Assembly: GCA_048938025.1 (NCBI GenBank)
Contig: JBHLMP010000010.1
Span: 22,728 to 86,727 of the forward strand
DNA from: Promethearchaeota archaeon
Lineage (GTDB): Archaea; Asgardarchaeota; Lokiarchaeia; Sigyniarchaeales; SOKP01
Length of the DNA stretch: 64,000 nucleotides
Direction: 5' to 3'
The position numbers and the translations under genes were made by a program. The notes beneath the pieces are model-generated. The model had not been told where the DNA came from and ran no database searches. It saw only the letters and a program-made list of their open reading frames with translations. Positions 40,320 to 52,300 of this stretch are shown here, piece after piece (position 1 is the stretch's first letter; each line of letters starts with the position of its first letter).

Positions 40320-40931
40320 TTATTTTTTAGCACATATCCATAAATTTAAAAAAAATTCGAAATAACCCTTTTGAATATTATTTTGTTTGAAATTCGCTTT
40401 AAGTAACACTTGATTTAGCTCTGATAAAGTAAAAACTTTCTTATGTTCTTTAATTTCCTCAGGACTTACAAAATGTAACTTTGCCATTAATTTTAATGGA
40501 TAATCACTCCACTTTGCTGGAGTTGTAATAATTAAGATCCCATTCTTTTTTAAAATCGAATAACATTCTTTTATAATTTTATAAGCTTGATTATACTCTA
40601 AATGCTCTATTACAGCTAACAATGAAATCACATCAAAATAATCATTTTTGAATGGTAATTTTCCATCCAGATGAATATTTTGTTTAATTAAAGAAATATT
40701 TAGATGTTTGAGTTTAGTGTCTATTATTGCTTGATCAATACCATATTTTTCATAAAAATTAGAGTTTATTAACAGTAATGGATAAGATCCGCATCCAATA
40801 TCAAGAATTGAACCATTCTTTCCATATTTTTCAATTAATTTTTGCGCTATCTTCATTCTTCTTAAAGATAAGAAATTTTCTAATAATCCAAATCCTCTAG
40901 TTATTCCTGCTGACACCATTGATAAATTCAA
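40320..40931 (-). CDS. Class I SAM-dependent methyltransferase
   Basis: 'ILDIGCG', 'LPFKNDYFD', 'VIEHL', 'LKKNGILIITTP'. Confidence 0.9.
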   Translation of the reverse strand: MNLSMVSAGITRGFGLLENFLSLRRMKIAQKLIEKYGKNGSILDIGCGSYPLLLINSNFYEKYGIDQAIIDTKLKHLNISLIKQNIHLDGKLPFKNDYFDVISLLAVIEHLEYNQAYKIIKECYSILKKNGILIITTPAKWSDYPLKLMAKLHFVSPEEIKEHKKVFTLSELNQVLLKANFKQNNIQKGYFEFFLNLWICAKK

Positions 40932-41212
40932 TTAAATTTTAAATTGTTTTATTTTAAATTTAATAAATTTTATTTTATTTTTACTACATATCTCTCTAAT
41001 TTATTATTTAAAATAAAAATTTTATAATAATTCAATATGCCTCATTTAGAATCAATAATTCAAAATAATTGATTTAGTACCCTAAATCTGCGTACAAATG
41101 AATATAATCCATTTTGGGGGAGTAACATTTAAAAATCAGCAAAATAATTTTTTTCTTAATGTAAATTTTCGAAAAATATCACTCTTAAAAAATCCAGAGA
41201 TGAGAAAAAGTA

Positions 41213-42646
41213 TTGGTTCGAATTATTAGAAATTTTAAGGAAAAATTAATGGTTCTTTTAATAATAGCAATTATTATCTTTACTTCTATATCGACCTTAC
41301 AAATCATTCAAAACTTAAATTCTACTGATAAACAAGTGAGACTTAATGATAAATTAACTAAATCAAATGATTGGGATGCAGATGGATGGAACTATAGAAG
41401 AGAATTAACTCTAACTCCCAATACTCCTGAATCAGATTATCAAATTAGAGTCGATTTAAATCCATCTAATTTTAATTATTCGAAAGCTAAACCTGATGGA
41501 AGTGATATTAGATTTTATGATTTGGGTCATAATTTATTGGATTATTGGAGGGAGTTTTGGAACCCGGTTGGTAATTCAATAATTTGGGTCAAGATACCAA
41601 CATCTGGGACTTCTACAATTTATATGTATTATGGAAATCCAACTGTCCTTTCATTAAGTAATGGTACAAATACATTTATATTTTTTGATGATTTTGAAGG
41701 AGCCAGCCTAGATTCTCTTAAATGGGACACTGAAATAGGCTCCTACTGTGGTATTAGTGTTTCTAGTGGATATGTTCGAGTATATAGTGCTACACCATCT
41801 GCTTTTGTTGAATTTGCAGAAGTAGGTTTTACTGATTTTGAAGGTGAACAAGGAGTTCCTTATAGTGGATATTATACTAATGGTCATGCAATGACTAGGC
41901 TAATAACTGATACAACATGGTTCACAGGAGAGATTCGTATCCTAAATTATACCTATGCTCCTTTCTATAAAAATGATGTATTTGATTCCGCAGATACAAG
42001 TACTCGCACAGGTCCTTTACCTACTCGATTCTTCTCACATAGTTGTGTAGGTGGTTCAGGAGCACCATATTGGGCTTATATATCTTCTATTAATACGTCA
42101 TTAGGGATTCCTGGTAGGGCTGTAAGATTTGAAGGATGGAATAATATAGAAGGTATTGCAGATTTTAGAATGGAATGGGTGTTTGTATTTAAATTCAATG
42201 AGAATAATCCAATTGTAAATATTGGTCCTGAGGAAGAAGTTGACGATACTCCTCCTGAAATTATCATTAATTCCCCTAAACATAACGATTTTTTTGGAGC
42301 TGTGGCACCAAACTTTAATATTTCCATTCATGAATCAGATTTTGATACAGCATGGTATACAATAGATGGGGGCTTATCAAATTACTCTATACTTGGAAAT
42401 ATAGATACCTGGATACTTGGAACAATAAATCAAACAGCTTGGGATAACGCGCCATACGGGATTGTTACTATTGATTTTTATGCAAAAGATAAAACAGGCA
42501 ATGAGGGACACAATCAGGTGATAGTCGTAAAAGAAAGACCATCAAAAGATGATCCTGTAATTCCTGGTATTAATGTATATCTTATGTTATTGATATTTTC
42601 TGTTGCAATCATATTATTAGCATGGAGATTAAAGAAAAAAAAATAA
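41213..42646 (+). CDS. Secreted DUF2341-domain surface protein with Loki-CTERM-like anchor
   Basis: Signal/TM N-terminus; 'W.YRR.L', 'DGSDIRF', 'IWVKIP', 'IYMYYGNP', 'FFDDFEG'; tail 'IPGINVYLMLLIFSVAIILLAWRLKKKK'. Confidence 0.85.
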   Translation: MVRIIRNFKEKLMVLLIIAIIIFTSISTLQIIQNLNSTDKQVRLNDKLTKSNDWDADGWNYRRELTLTPNTPESDYQIRVDLNPSNFNYSKAKPDGSDIRFYDLGHNLLDYWREFWNPVGNSIIWVKIPTSGTSTIYMYYGNPTVLSLSNGTNTFIFFDDFEGASLDSLKWDTEIGSYCGISVSSGYVRVYSATPSAFVEFAEVGFTDFEGEQGVPYSGYYTNGHAMTRLITDTTWFTGEIRILNYTYAPFYKNDVFDSADTSTRTGPLPTRFFSHSCVGGSGAPYWAYISSINTSLGIPGRAVRFEGWNNIEGIADFRMEWVFVFKFNENNPIVNIGPEEEVDDTPPEIIINSPKHNDFFGAVAPNFNISIHESDFDTAWYTIDGGLSNYSILGNIDTWILGTINQTAWDNAPYGIVTIDFYAKDKTGNEGHNQVIVVKERPSKDDPVIPGINVYLMLLIFSVAIILLAWRLKKKK

Positions 42647-42753
42647 CTTATCTTTTTTTTCTAATTCTTTTTTACTTCTTAATTAAATAGTAAATCTTAC
42701 GTAGTATCAAATCGGAAGAAAAATAATATTCTAAAAAAAAAGAGAATTGCATT

Positions 42754-43812
42754 TCAATATACAAGAATTATTAACAGATATGAAAATGTAACTGCTAAAA
42801 ATGACAAATAAAATGTGATAAGATGGTTAGTAATTTTTATTTCTCTTTTTATAAAACCTAAATTTAAATTAAAAGAAGAATATTCTCTTTCTTTTAAAAT
42901 TCCATAAAATAATATACATTGAAACCATCTTAAATAAATAAAAGTGAAGACCATAAATGATGCTGTAATTAATGTTGAAATTATGGAAATTTCAAAAGGA
43001 TCAGACTTCTTTAAACGTAAGAAAATAAACAATAATATTAAAATTACAGGAGGTATCACTTTTATATATAGAGGTATATCAGTTCCCATATTATTCCAAC
43101 TAATTAGAACATCTAAAAGCCAATCAGTTATAAATAATGGGATTATTAAAAACAATATTAAAATTGGAAAAATAGATAAAACGAAAATTTTCATTTCACT
43201 CCAATCTTTTTCAGCTAAATACTTTAGAAAGAAAAAGCCTACTGCTGGAATAGTGTAATATTTCGTACACATTGATAATCCTAGAAATATATAAAATAAG
43301 TATCTCGAATAAACTTGTTCTTTTGGATAGAAGAACAAAGCAATGAATAGAAAGAAGAAAAAAAAGGCATCTGTGATATGATATCCGCAATTTTCTAAAC
43401 TGAATGAATTATTTAAAAAAAAGAATGGATTAACTATAAAAAGTCCAAAAGCATAATTGGCAAATTTAATATTAAAACTCTTTATTACAAAGTAAAACAT
43501 TAAAGTAGTTAATAAATCCCAAAAAAAGCCCCAAAATATAAATATTTCAATACTTTCAAATGAAAGAAACCTTAAAGTATCTAAAATAAATATAGATAAG
43601 GGGGGACTTATAAGATTACTATCGTAATAAGATCCCATATCTCCCCAAGATCTTCCTGGATCTATTGTATGAGTATAATAATAATAAAAGAGCATAGAAA
43701 ATCGAATTAACACACCAAAAATAATAAGGATTAAAGCTTTATGTTCTAAAATTTTTTCTAAAAAGGTTTTATTTTGGCTTACTTCTGCCTTATTCTCCAT
43801 ATATATTTTCAT
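42754..43812 (-). CDS. Polytopic membrane protein, possibly GT-C fold glycosyltransferase
   Basis: About 10 TM helices, Asp in first loop ('WGD'), 'NPFF', 'GLSMCTKYY' resembling GT87/PIG-M-like patterns. Confidence 0.55.
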   Translation of the reverse strand: MKIYMENKAEVSQNKTFLEKILEHKALILIIFGVLIRFSMLFYYYYTHTIDPGRSWGDMGSYYDSNLISPPLSIFILDTLRFLSFESIEIFIFWGFFWDLLTTLMFYFVIKSFNIKFANYAFGLFIVNPFFFLNNSFSLENCGYHITDAFFFFFLFIALFFYPKEQVYSRYLFYIFLGLSMCTKYYTIPAVGFFFLKYLAEKDWSEMKIFVLSIFPILILFLIIPLFITDWLLDVLISWNNMGTDIPLYIKVIPPVILILLFIFLRLKKSDPFEISIISTLITASFMVFTFIYLRWFQCILFYGILKEREYSSFNLNLGFIKREIKITNHLITFYLSFLAVTFSYLLIILVY

Positions 43813-43937
43813 ATTGAAATTATTATAAAACTTTCTAGTAGATACATAAATTAATAAGAAATAATGAATCTTATAGAAAAAATTATTTCTATTTAAAAGT
43901 AATAATAAAATTTAACAAATATGGAAGAATTGACTTT

Positions 43938-45191
43938 TCATTGAGCCAATTGAATACTACATGGAAAAATTGCAGCTTTTGGTGAATTTCCATAAGTATT
44001 TTCTAACTCTCCCAACAATTTCTCCCAATTATCGTATAGTTTTATAGATTTGGGAAAGAAATGGTAAAGATCTGATTTACTTATATTTGGTGAATAGAAA
44101 AATACTTTTCTTTCTTTAATGTATGCTTTCCAGATTAAACCTTTTTCAAGATTATCTCCAAAATTGTGATATAGTCTAGAGCCTGTTTCAGCTAGTAGAC
44201 TATGATATCCCCTTCCCTCATATGATGATGACATTAACACTATTGCACCATTCTTATCTAAAATCTCTCTAGGAGCCGTCATTAAAAAATTAAATCCTTT
44301 GATTGCTTGATTTAATTCTGAATCTTCAGGATACAAGTTGAAAAAGCATATGTGGTTTCCAGTAGGAACTTCTGTTTTATAAAATTCTTTAGCTAATTCT
44401 ATTGCTTTTCTATGAGCTTCCTTAAAATGACCAGAAAATATCCCACAAATTTCACCTATCTCGTTGAGTATAACATTAATAGAAAAGTCTAAACCTATAG
44501 TTTCAACAATAGCTTCTATGTCTTCTCTTATCTTTGAAACTTTTCCAATGCCTCCACCGAAGGATCCAAATTTAAATCCAGCAGAATGATTAGCTTCAAG
44601 AGTTCGAATCCCACATACGCCGGGCAACACAATTTTTGCTCCTCCTCCAAATCCTGCTAGGATATGAGGTATAACACCCCCAATAGCAATTCTTAAATCA
44701 GAGTTATAATAAGTTCTATTTACTTCTATTGGTGTTCCGATTTTTGATTCACCTAAATTAATTAAATTTTCATAAGGATGATGGTTTTCAATATTTAAAT
44801 TCTCAACTACATAATTCCCTAATTTTAGGATGCAATCATGTCTATTCATCGGTTTATGAGCACCAATAGCTAGAAGAATTATAATTTGTTCATTGGTAAT
44901 ACCAACTTTATCTAATTCTGCCAATATATGAGGAAGGATTTTGTATATGGGAGTAGTTCTTGTCATATCATCCACAACAATAGCTATTTTTTCTTTGTTT
45001 TTTGCCAATTCCGACAATTTTGGAGTAGCTATAGGATTAAGTATCGAATTTCTAATTTCTTCATCAGTTAATTCTGGAGCATCAGCACCCTTCATTTTAA
45101 ATATACTTATATCCCAAGAATCTGGAAAGGTTAAATCTAAATATTTTGGCTCCCTCCATACTCCCCAGGGTACTTTAAAATCTTTTGTCAT
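43938..45191 (-). CDS. larA: LarA / nickel-pincer racemase family (DUF2088)
   Basis: 'NPIATPKL', 'VVDDMTRTTP', 'AIGAH', 'PHILAGFGGGAKIVLPGV', 'NH'. Substrate not determinable. Confidence 0.75.
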   Translation of the reverse strand: MTKDFKVPWGVWREPKYLDLTFPDSWDISIFKMKGADAPELTDEEIRNSILNPIATPKLSELAKNKEKIAIVVDDMTRTTPIYKILPHILAELDKVGITNEQIIILLAIGAHKPMNRHDCILKLGNYVVENLNIENHHPYENLINLGESKIGTPIEVNRTYYNSDLRIAIGGVIPHILAGFGGGAKIVLPGVCGIRTLEANHSAGFKFGSFGGGIGKVSKIREDIEAIVETIGLDFSINVILNEIGEICGIFSGHFKEAHRKAIELAKEFYKTEVPTGNHICFFNLYPEDSELNQAIKGFNFLMTAPREILDKNGAIVLMSSSYEGRGYHSLLAETGSRLYHNFGDNLEKGLIWKAYIKERKVFFYSPNISKSDLYHFFPKSIKLYDNWEKLLGELENTYGNSPKAAIFPCSIQLAQ

Positions 45192-45302
45192 AGTAATTAT
45201 ATCATTAATTATCTTTTATTTTTGATAATCTTAATTTGCTATTAATAAAGTTAAATGTTGATTATTTTATATGTTTTAAAATAAATAAAAACATGAGATG
45301 CT

Positions 45303-45764
45303 ATGAATGACAAAAATGATAATAGAATTTCTAAGGATGATTATTTTATGAAAATTGCTGAAGTTGTCTCACTAAGATCTACTTGTATAAAGAGAAAAGT
45401 AGGAGCTGTCTTAGTAAAAGATTCTCACATTTTGTCTACTGGTTATAATGGTGCTCCAGCAGGTCTTAAACATTGTAATCCTGAGACATGTGTTAGAAAG
45501 AATTTAAAAAGTGGTGAAAAACCTGAATTATGTAGAGGTTTACATGCTGAAATCAATTGTATTATTCAAGCTGCTATTCATGGAACTTCAATAAAGGGTG
45601 AGACGACAATATATAGTACAACATTTCCTTGTATGAGCTGTTTAAAATTGTTAATTAATGCTGGGATTAACAGATTAGTATATAAAGAAGGATACGCTAT
45701 GGAAAACAAAGTAAAGGAAGATCTTTTAAAGGAATCTAATTTAATCGTACAGAAAATTCGGTAA
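45303..45764 (+). CDS. dCMP deaminase (ComEB-like)
   Basis: 'RSTC..RKVGAV', 'TGYNGAP', 'HAEINCI', 'PCMSC'. Confidence 0.92.
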   Translation: MNDKNDNRISKDDYFMKIAEVVSLRSTCIKRKVGAVLVKDSHILSTGYNGAPAGLKHCNPETCVRKNLKSGEKPELCRGLHAEINCIIQAAIHGTSIKGETTIYSTTFPCMSCLKLLINAGINRLVYKEGYAMENKVKEDLLKESNLIVQKIR

Positions 45765-45799
45765 GTCTTTTTTTGTTTGAAGAAAGTTATCAAATTAAC

Positions 45800-47029
45800 C
45801 TAAGAATACCATTTTTCTTTAGCTATTCTTTCTCTAATTTTTTCTCTCTGTTCAGGTTTAATTTTATCTCTAAGAGCATCATTACAAATTTGTTTTCCGA
45901 TTATGACTTTTGGATTATTTGCCCAATTTACATCAATTAACAAGCAAAGATAGTATACAGATGATAAAATAAACGATACCAGATGCCCCATATTTTTTTC
46001 TAAGGGATTGTCAATAGAGATCTCTGCTGTTGGCACTCCTTGCTGAATTAAAGCTTGAAACGTTGCATCTGCTTGATAGTTAATAATGGTCTGAGCACTT
46101 TGTTCATTAATATATGGAATAGTCGATGTTAAAACAAGATCAGGATTTTCATTTTTTACTGTCCATACTATAGGTATCACAATACCTTTACTTCCACCTA
46201 ATAAAAATTCTAATACAGAATGTTGACAAATGGGAGCTGATTGATATGTTCCTATCATACCTCTTTCATCCTTTCCCGTACTTTCAGATATTCCTTGAAC
46301 CCATAATCCAACACTTCCCTCAAGATTTTTTGAATATGGCATTGAAAATACAACTTTATATCCTTTCTTATATAAATTAAAAATGAATGCTGCAAGTTCT
46401 AAGGAAGGATTCTTATCAAAATTAGAAAAATTATTATACCCCTCTTCTAAACCTTTTAAAAAATTCTCAATATTTATACCCGAAATATATGCAGGAACAA
46501 TACCAACATTTGTAACTGAGCCTGCATAACGACCAGAAAGATCGGGAACATCTAAAATGGGACAATCTATCTCATTTAATATATTATTCATAGTTCCAAT
46601 GGATGAGAGCCCTAAAAATTTATATCCCCTCTTAACAAAAATTCCAATTGTAGAATTAACGTCTAGAGTTTCTCCACCTCTCGATATTGGTATTACAACA
46701 GAATTTTTAGGTGAAGTTTTTTCCAAACAACCTTTCAATTCTACTGCTCTTGAACTTGGAACTGGATATATCTTTTTTTTAGATAAATGCTTAAGTGCTA
46801 CTAATGTTTGTATTGAGCCACCAGTACCTAATACAATTACATTTTCAATACTTTCACTCAAGAATGGTTTAGTTATTGTTTTTATCTTATCCATCTCCAG
46901 ATAGGATTTTGTATCGAAGAAAAATGGAGAATCCCACTTATCTTTGTTTTTTTTGATGATGGCTATTGCTTCTTTTAAAAGTCCATCATTTATTTTTGGA
47001 TAATATTCTAATTTTAGATTTAAACTCAT
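45800..47029 (-). CDS. pgi: Glucose-6-phosphate isomerase (SIS fold, divergent)
   Basis: 'VLGTGGS', 'ISRGGET', 'SGRY', 'Q..SESTGK', 'QHS', 'NPKV..GK'. Confidence 0.75.
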   Translation of the reverse strand: MSLNLKLEYYPKINDGLLKEAIAIIKKNKDKWDSPFFFDTKSYLEMDKIKTITKPFLSESIENVIVLGTGGSIQTLVALKHLSKKKIYPVPSSRAVELKGCLEKTSPKNSVVIPISRGGETLDVNSTIGIFVKRGYKFLGLSSIGTMNNILNEIDCPILDVPDLSGRYAGSVTNVGIVPAYISGINIENFLKGLEEGYNNFSNFDKNPSLELAAFIFNLYKKGYKVVFSMPYSKNLEGSVGLWVQGISESTGKDERGMIGTYQSAPICQHSVLEFLLGGSKGIVIPIVWTVKNENPDLVLTSTIPYINEQSAQTIINYQADATFQALIQQGVPTAEISIDNPLEKNMGHLVSFILSSVYYLCLLIDVNWANNPKVIIGKQICNDALRDKIKPEQREKIRERIAKEKWYS

Positions 47030-47297
47030 AAAAATTTCACCACCAACTTTAATAGATTTGCTAATAAAATTATATAATCCTATTTTATTTTTATTATTTT
47101 ATTTTAGGAAAAAGAAGATAGATGATCAAACTTAAATTTTCCTTATTATTGTCGTTCTTTACCTATAAATTCTCAAAATAAAAATTTAAAAACCAGAACT
47201 CTATTTCACTTAAAATATTGAGCTATATACCCTTATTTATATAAGATTCATCTATAAAAATTACACTAAAATTTTTTTCTCTTTTATGTGATTTACT

Positions 47298-48551
47298 ATG
47301 GCAAAAGCTAGGGAAATAAAAAATGGGAATGGAAATAGTATGGAAATCAACAAGCCTTACTACTGTACTGAATGTAAGCGTAATCATACAAAGGGCAAAA
47401 TATATAAAGAACATCTCAAGTTTGAAAATTCTGAAAATAATAATGAAGAACTTATTAATGGTGAGGATGCAGATCCAGAATTTGAGGATGCAGATCCAGA
47501 ATTTGAGAATTATGATGATGAAGCGGAAATTATCGAAGCCTTTGATGAATTAGAAGAAGAAATCAATTCTGATGGTGAGAATTTCTCTAATAATGATAAT
47601 GATATAGATAATTGTGTCGAAGCCGTAAAAAATCTCCCTGGAGTAGGAGAAGCTACTCTCAATAAACTAATTAAAGCAGGTTTTAATTCATTAGAAGCAA
47701 TAGCATTTACACCTCCCTCAATCATACAAGAAGAAAGTGGTCTAGGAGAAAAAACAACAACAAAACTGATTAAACTATCTATGGAAAAACTTAATATAGG
47801 ATTTAAATCTGCCGTAGATGTATGGGAACATCGAAAAAACATTGCTCGAATTACTACAGCGAGCCAAGAATTAGATGATTTATTAGGTGGAGGTGTTGAG
47901 ACTGGCTGTGTTATTGAATTTTTTGGAGAATTTAGGACTGGAAAAACTCAAATTATGCATCAATTATGTGTAAATGTTCAATTACCTCGAGAAAAAGGTG
48001 GTCTTGAAGGAAATGCATTATATATTGATACAGAGGGAACATTTCGACCTGAAAGAATAATACAAATGGCTGAGGCTCAGGATCTTGATCATAAAAAAGT
48101 TTTGAAAAATATAGTGTTTGGCCGTGCTTATAATTCAGATCATCAAATACTTTTAATTAAAGAAGCAGCGAATCTAATTAAAGAAAAAAATATCAAAATA
48201 ATTATAGTAGACTCTTTAATAGGACACTTTAGAAGTGAATATATTGGCAGAGGCACCTTAGCAACTCGACAACAAACAATCAATTCTCATCTACATGATC
48301 TATTAAGATTATGTGATGTATATCCTGAACTAGGTGTTGTTGTAACAAATCAAGTTCAAGCAAAACCAGATGTTTTTTACGGAAATCCATTACGAGCAGC
48401 TGGTGGAAATGTTGTGGCACATGGTTCGACGATTAGGGTTTATTTAAGAAAAGGAAAAGGTGAGCAGAGGATAGCAAAAATTGTAGATGCTCCTCATTTG
48501 CCAGAAGGAGAAGCTGTCTTCAGTATTACTGGAAATGGTATATCAGATTAA
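47298..48551 (+). CDS. radA: DNA repair and recombination protein RadA with N-terminal extension
   Basis: 'LPGVG', 'GEFRTGKTQ', '[13 protein letters not shown]', 'IVDS', 'YIGRGTL..RQQ', 'TNQV', 'LRKGKG', 'DAPHLPEGE'. Confidence 0.96.
   Translation: MAKAREIKNGNGNSMEINKPYYCTECKRNHTKGKIYKEHLKFENSENNNEELINGEDADPEFEDADPEFENYDDEAEIIEAFDELEEEINSDGENFSNNDNDIDNCVEAVKNLPGVGEATLNKLIKAGFNSLEAIAFTPPSIIQEESGLGEKTTTKLIKLSMEKLNIGFKSAVDVWEHRKNIARITTASQELDDLLGGGVETGCVIEFFGEFRTGKTQIMHQLCVNVQLPREKGGLEGNALYIDTEGTFRPERIIQMAEAQDLDHKKVLKNIVFGRAYNSDHQILLIKEAANLIKEKNIKIIIVDSLIGHFRSEYIGRGTLATRQQTINSHLHDLLRLCDVYPELGVVVTNQVQAKPDVFYGNPLRAAGGNVVAHGSTIRVYLRKGKGEQRIAKIVDAPHLPEGEAVFSITGNGISD
47462..47507 (+). repeat. 21-bp tandem duplication inside radA (EDADPEF x2)
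   Basis: TGAGGATGCAGATCCAGAATT twice exactly, plus a partial third copy. Confidence 0.95.
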
Positions 48552-48580
48552 TTTATTAATAAAAGAGTATTAAGCTATTT

Positions 48581-49198
48581 TTATATTTTTATTTTCCACC
48601 CTTCTTTCTGGGTAAATTGAATTTTATCATCTTTATCCATTTGAGAAATTATAAGAGAAATCATTTTTTCAGATACTGTTACTTTTTCATCAACCGATCT
48701 CTCAAGAACTTTATCAATTAATAGTTTTAAAGATTTTACTGATCTCTCCGTGTAGAGAATCAAAAAAATTGTTTTTTCAATATGCTCCCTTATTTTCACT
48801 GGGATGGTTAAAGCTTCTTTTTTTTTAGGTATAGGAGGTGTTTTAATTATTTCACCTTTATGCTTTTCATGCTCAACAACAATTGTTTTTACTCCTACTT
48901 TTTTTGTGCTTTTTTGTACTTCATCAAATTTTATAGGAGCTTTCTCTTTTCTAGTATCTTTAAAGTTTTTTATCTTTTCTTCTATAATTTCAACTTTATC
49001 ATTAGATTTGGTTGATGTTATAGATTCTTTAGTCGAGATTTCATCTTTTTTTAATTGTTTTTCTTTTTTGCTTTTTATTTTTCTTATAAAACTAACCGTA
49101 GCTATAATGAGGATAAGACAAATTTCAATTGATAATAGAGATGGAAATTGTGAAAAGATTGCACCTTCACCTAATAATAATTTTAATAGATAAAATAT
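48581..49198 (-). CDS. Hypothetical protein: TM helix, Lys-rich linker, winged-helix-like C-terminus (extends the 72-aa track ORF; non-canonical start)
   Basis: Frame is open from 49219 to 48581 with no ATG/GTG/TTG until 48799. The extension encodes 'SLLSIEICLILIIATVSFIRKIKSKKEK'. Confidence 0.7.
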   Translation of the reverse strand: MFYLLKLLLGEGAIFSQFPSLLSIEICLILIIATVSFIRKIKSKKEKQLKKDEISTKESITSTKSNDKVEIIEEKIKNFKDTRKEKAPIKFDEVQKSTKKVGVKTIVVEHEKHKGEIIKTPPIPKKKEALTIPVKIREHIEKTIFLILYTERSVKSLKLLIDKVLERSVDEKVTVSEKMISLIISQMDKDDKIQFTQKEGWKIKI

Positions 49199-49315
49199 AT
49201 CACTACTTCTTTTAAAGAATTACTCCAATATAATTATATATATAAAATAAAGAATTTCATCTTAATTAATTTAAGATTTAAAAAAAAATTAAATAAATTG
49301 TTAAAAAAAAAATTC

Positions 49316-52300
49316 CTATATTAATTTTTCATATTCCTTGGATTTATTTGATAATCTTTTAACTTCCTTTGTCATTTCAGTTACGCCTAATTTAAAAATT
49401 TCTGATGCTATTCTCGAAGCCATTCTAAATTTCTGAGCTGCTTCATTATAATTTTCTTTTTTAGCTGCTAATTTTGCTTCCTTCTCTAGATTCTTCAATT
49501 TGATTTTAAAGTCCACAATTTTTGTTTTGCGGATAAGATCTTCTAACTCTTCAAATTCTCTTTGTATTTCCCAATTTGTAGCAATCATTAGAGCATTGTG
49601 GTAAATTGTACTAACTTTATCGTAATCATTCTCTTTCCTTGCTAAAGCAGCATTCTTCTTCAAGTTTTTAATCTCTTTTTTAGCTGATTTGAGGTTATCT
49701 ATTTTTACTGCGCCCACTTTCATAGGTGCAGATACAATTTCATGGCGTTCCGCTATACTCACGAAGTAAGCTTCTCTTTCAGCGGGACCCATTTGAGCTA
49801 GATCATTAACAAGTTTTTGTTTTTCTTCTGGAGATAATCTAACTAATCCCGCTACTTTTTGGCTAATAAGATTTAATTCTTGTTGGGAAATAGGTCGGGC
49901 TTCAATAGTGGAGATCTCTATTGACATTAAGATTTTTTTATCTCTTAATTCTTTAATACCACTAAAGATTTCAGCTGTGTCTTTCTTAGTTCTTTCTGTA
50001 GCTTCTTTCAAAAGAGTTGCTATAAAAAAGAAATCTCTCTCTGCTTCCTCGCAGCAACTATGAGCAATTTTTAAAACATCCTTTGAATGGGGTGTTTTAA
50101 GAGTTTTTGCATCCGAAAATTCATATGTAATCTTATGAGGTAAAATTATAGAAGTATTAAAGATCTCATCAATAATTAAACCAGCATTTCTGAAAACATT
50201 TAATTGCCCTCTCCAACTTGGAAGTTCACTTTCATAAGTTTTCTCAAAAGCCACAATAAATTCAGTTAGATGTTTACGTAAAATCATTGAAGCATTCTTA
50301 CTTAACACTAATGCAACTCTAATGTATTCTCCATCAGCTAATAACAACATTTTATCGCCATAAGTTATCTCATTTAACGCTTTTTGAGCCACCATCTCTT
50401 TTCCAAATGAAGATACAGCAGAAATAAAACCACTGATTAACTCAGGATCGATTGCCTCTGAACCAAAAGATTTGAAGAAAACACATGTTCCTGTTCCCTT
50501 ATATAAAACTAAAATATGTTCTAAATTAATCGCATCATCAAATATAGTTCTGACTTCAGTTAAAACCCTTTTCTTTTCACGTTTTTTAGGAACAACTAGT
50601 CCCCTATAAATAGCAACTGAACCTGCTCCCACTGCTGCTACGGCTCCAATAATAATTATATATGGCATGAAATCCTCAAATGTTGGACCTCCTGAAAGAG
50701 GGGTAACTTCAATATCTGAGATTAAGAGGGTATCCCCTATGTGATTGTATGCTGGTTGAATTTGAGCTGAAAGATTCATATTTTTTGCTGCCCCAATTAC
50801 CGTAATTTCAAACTCAGCTTCACCAGTGTCATTTGTAGGAACTGGTGAAGTAGGTGTTCCAGGTACTCCATTAAAATAGGGTGTTACTACCATATTTTCC
50901 CCTACTAGCAGCAACCAATCAGTACCATTATTATACATTGCTTTAAGGACTATTGTAAATTCTTCTCCAGCTTTTACTTTTAGAGGTTCATAAACGACTG
51001 AAATATTTACTATATATTTTGCCTTTAAAGTTATGTTGAAACTTAAAATTGACTTCTCATAATTATTTAAAGAGACAGTTACATTTATTGTATAAGTGCC
51101 TATGCTAGTTAATCCTGACGTGGACATATATCCCTTAAAAGATTTTGTATTTAAATCATAAAATAAAGTTTCCGTTAAAGAACCTTCATTTGATGTATTT
51201 GTAAGTTCAATGTAATCTACTTCATAAGAATCACCTGAAACAGCAACCAATTCATCACTAAAATCGTCATCAGTTATGGTAAAATTAAGATACAAATCTC
51301 GTTCTATGAAACATAAATAATTGTTATATCCAGTAGGCGTAAGAGTTCCATCTCCTCCAATGTCAGATATAGAATCTATATGGGTTTGCGTAAGATTTCC
51401 TCTAAGATAAAATTCTATAGTTTCTATACTTGTATTATAATTTGGATCGAATGATATGTTTATTTCGAATTGAATCCAGCCAGAATCTAATCCAGCAGTA
51501 CTTACATTTAATAAGTATTGACCAGGAGTACCTGTAGGATATAACCATTTAGATTGTGTACCTCCAGTTTGATTTTCTTTTACAGTTACAAAATCTACAC
51601 TTAAACCTGTTATCGGTTGATTATTATCTGTATCATTGAAATAAAATTCTATAGATTGATTAAGTTTGTCTTTTCTGATAAGATAATTGTCATAAGATAT
51701 AAGCTGGATATCAGTTTGTGTAAAAATTACTCTCAGGGTTAATGTAATATATTGTGTTTGCTTTCCCACAGCAGTAATATTAAATATACATGTATAAGGG
51801 GTATCAGATGCTAATACACCACTTGTATCTAATTCAATTGTGTAATTTCCGGGAGTACCTCCCACTGGATTAGCACTATATATGAAACCTAAAGGTAAGG
51901 ATACGTTTTCAATAGTTGCTCCAGAAACTGGATTTGTACCAACATCTGAATAATAAAATGTGTATGAGACATTATAACCTCTTAATACATCGCCAAAATC
52001 TTTAGTATTTGAAGGTGAAATTGTTGTATACATTCTTAAATGGAATGAGAACTGAGTTTTAGCCTCATTGTAATATGTTTTTGATGCTGTAATTTCAATA
52101 TAATTCCAACCGTACACGAAATCACTGGTATTTAATTCTGTAGTATAATAACCTGCTGTTCCATTAGGAAAGAAGGTTAAAGTACCGTTATTATTTATTA
52201 TAGCATTTATTATAGGTAAAGTTTGACCGATATCATTATAGTAAATTGTGATATTGAATACCTGATCTATGAAATATTCTTGTCCACTTTCAGGAGAAAT

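Noticed and set aside
48804-49193. 129-aa plus-strand ORF in the track
   Set aside because: Phe/Ser/Leu-rich antisense shadow of the Lys-rich minus-strand frame 48581..49219.
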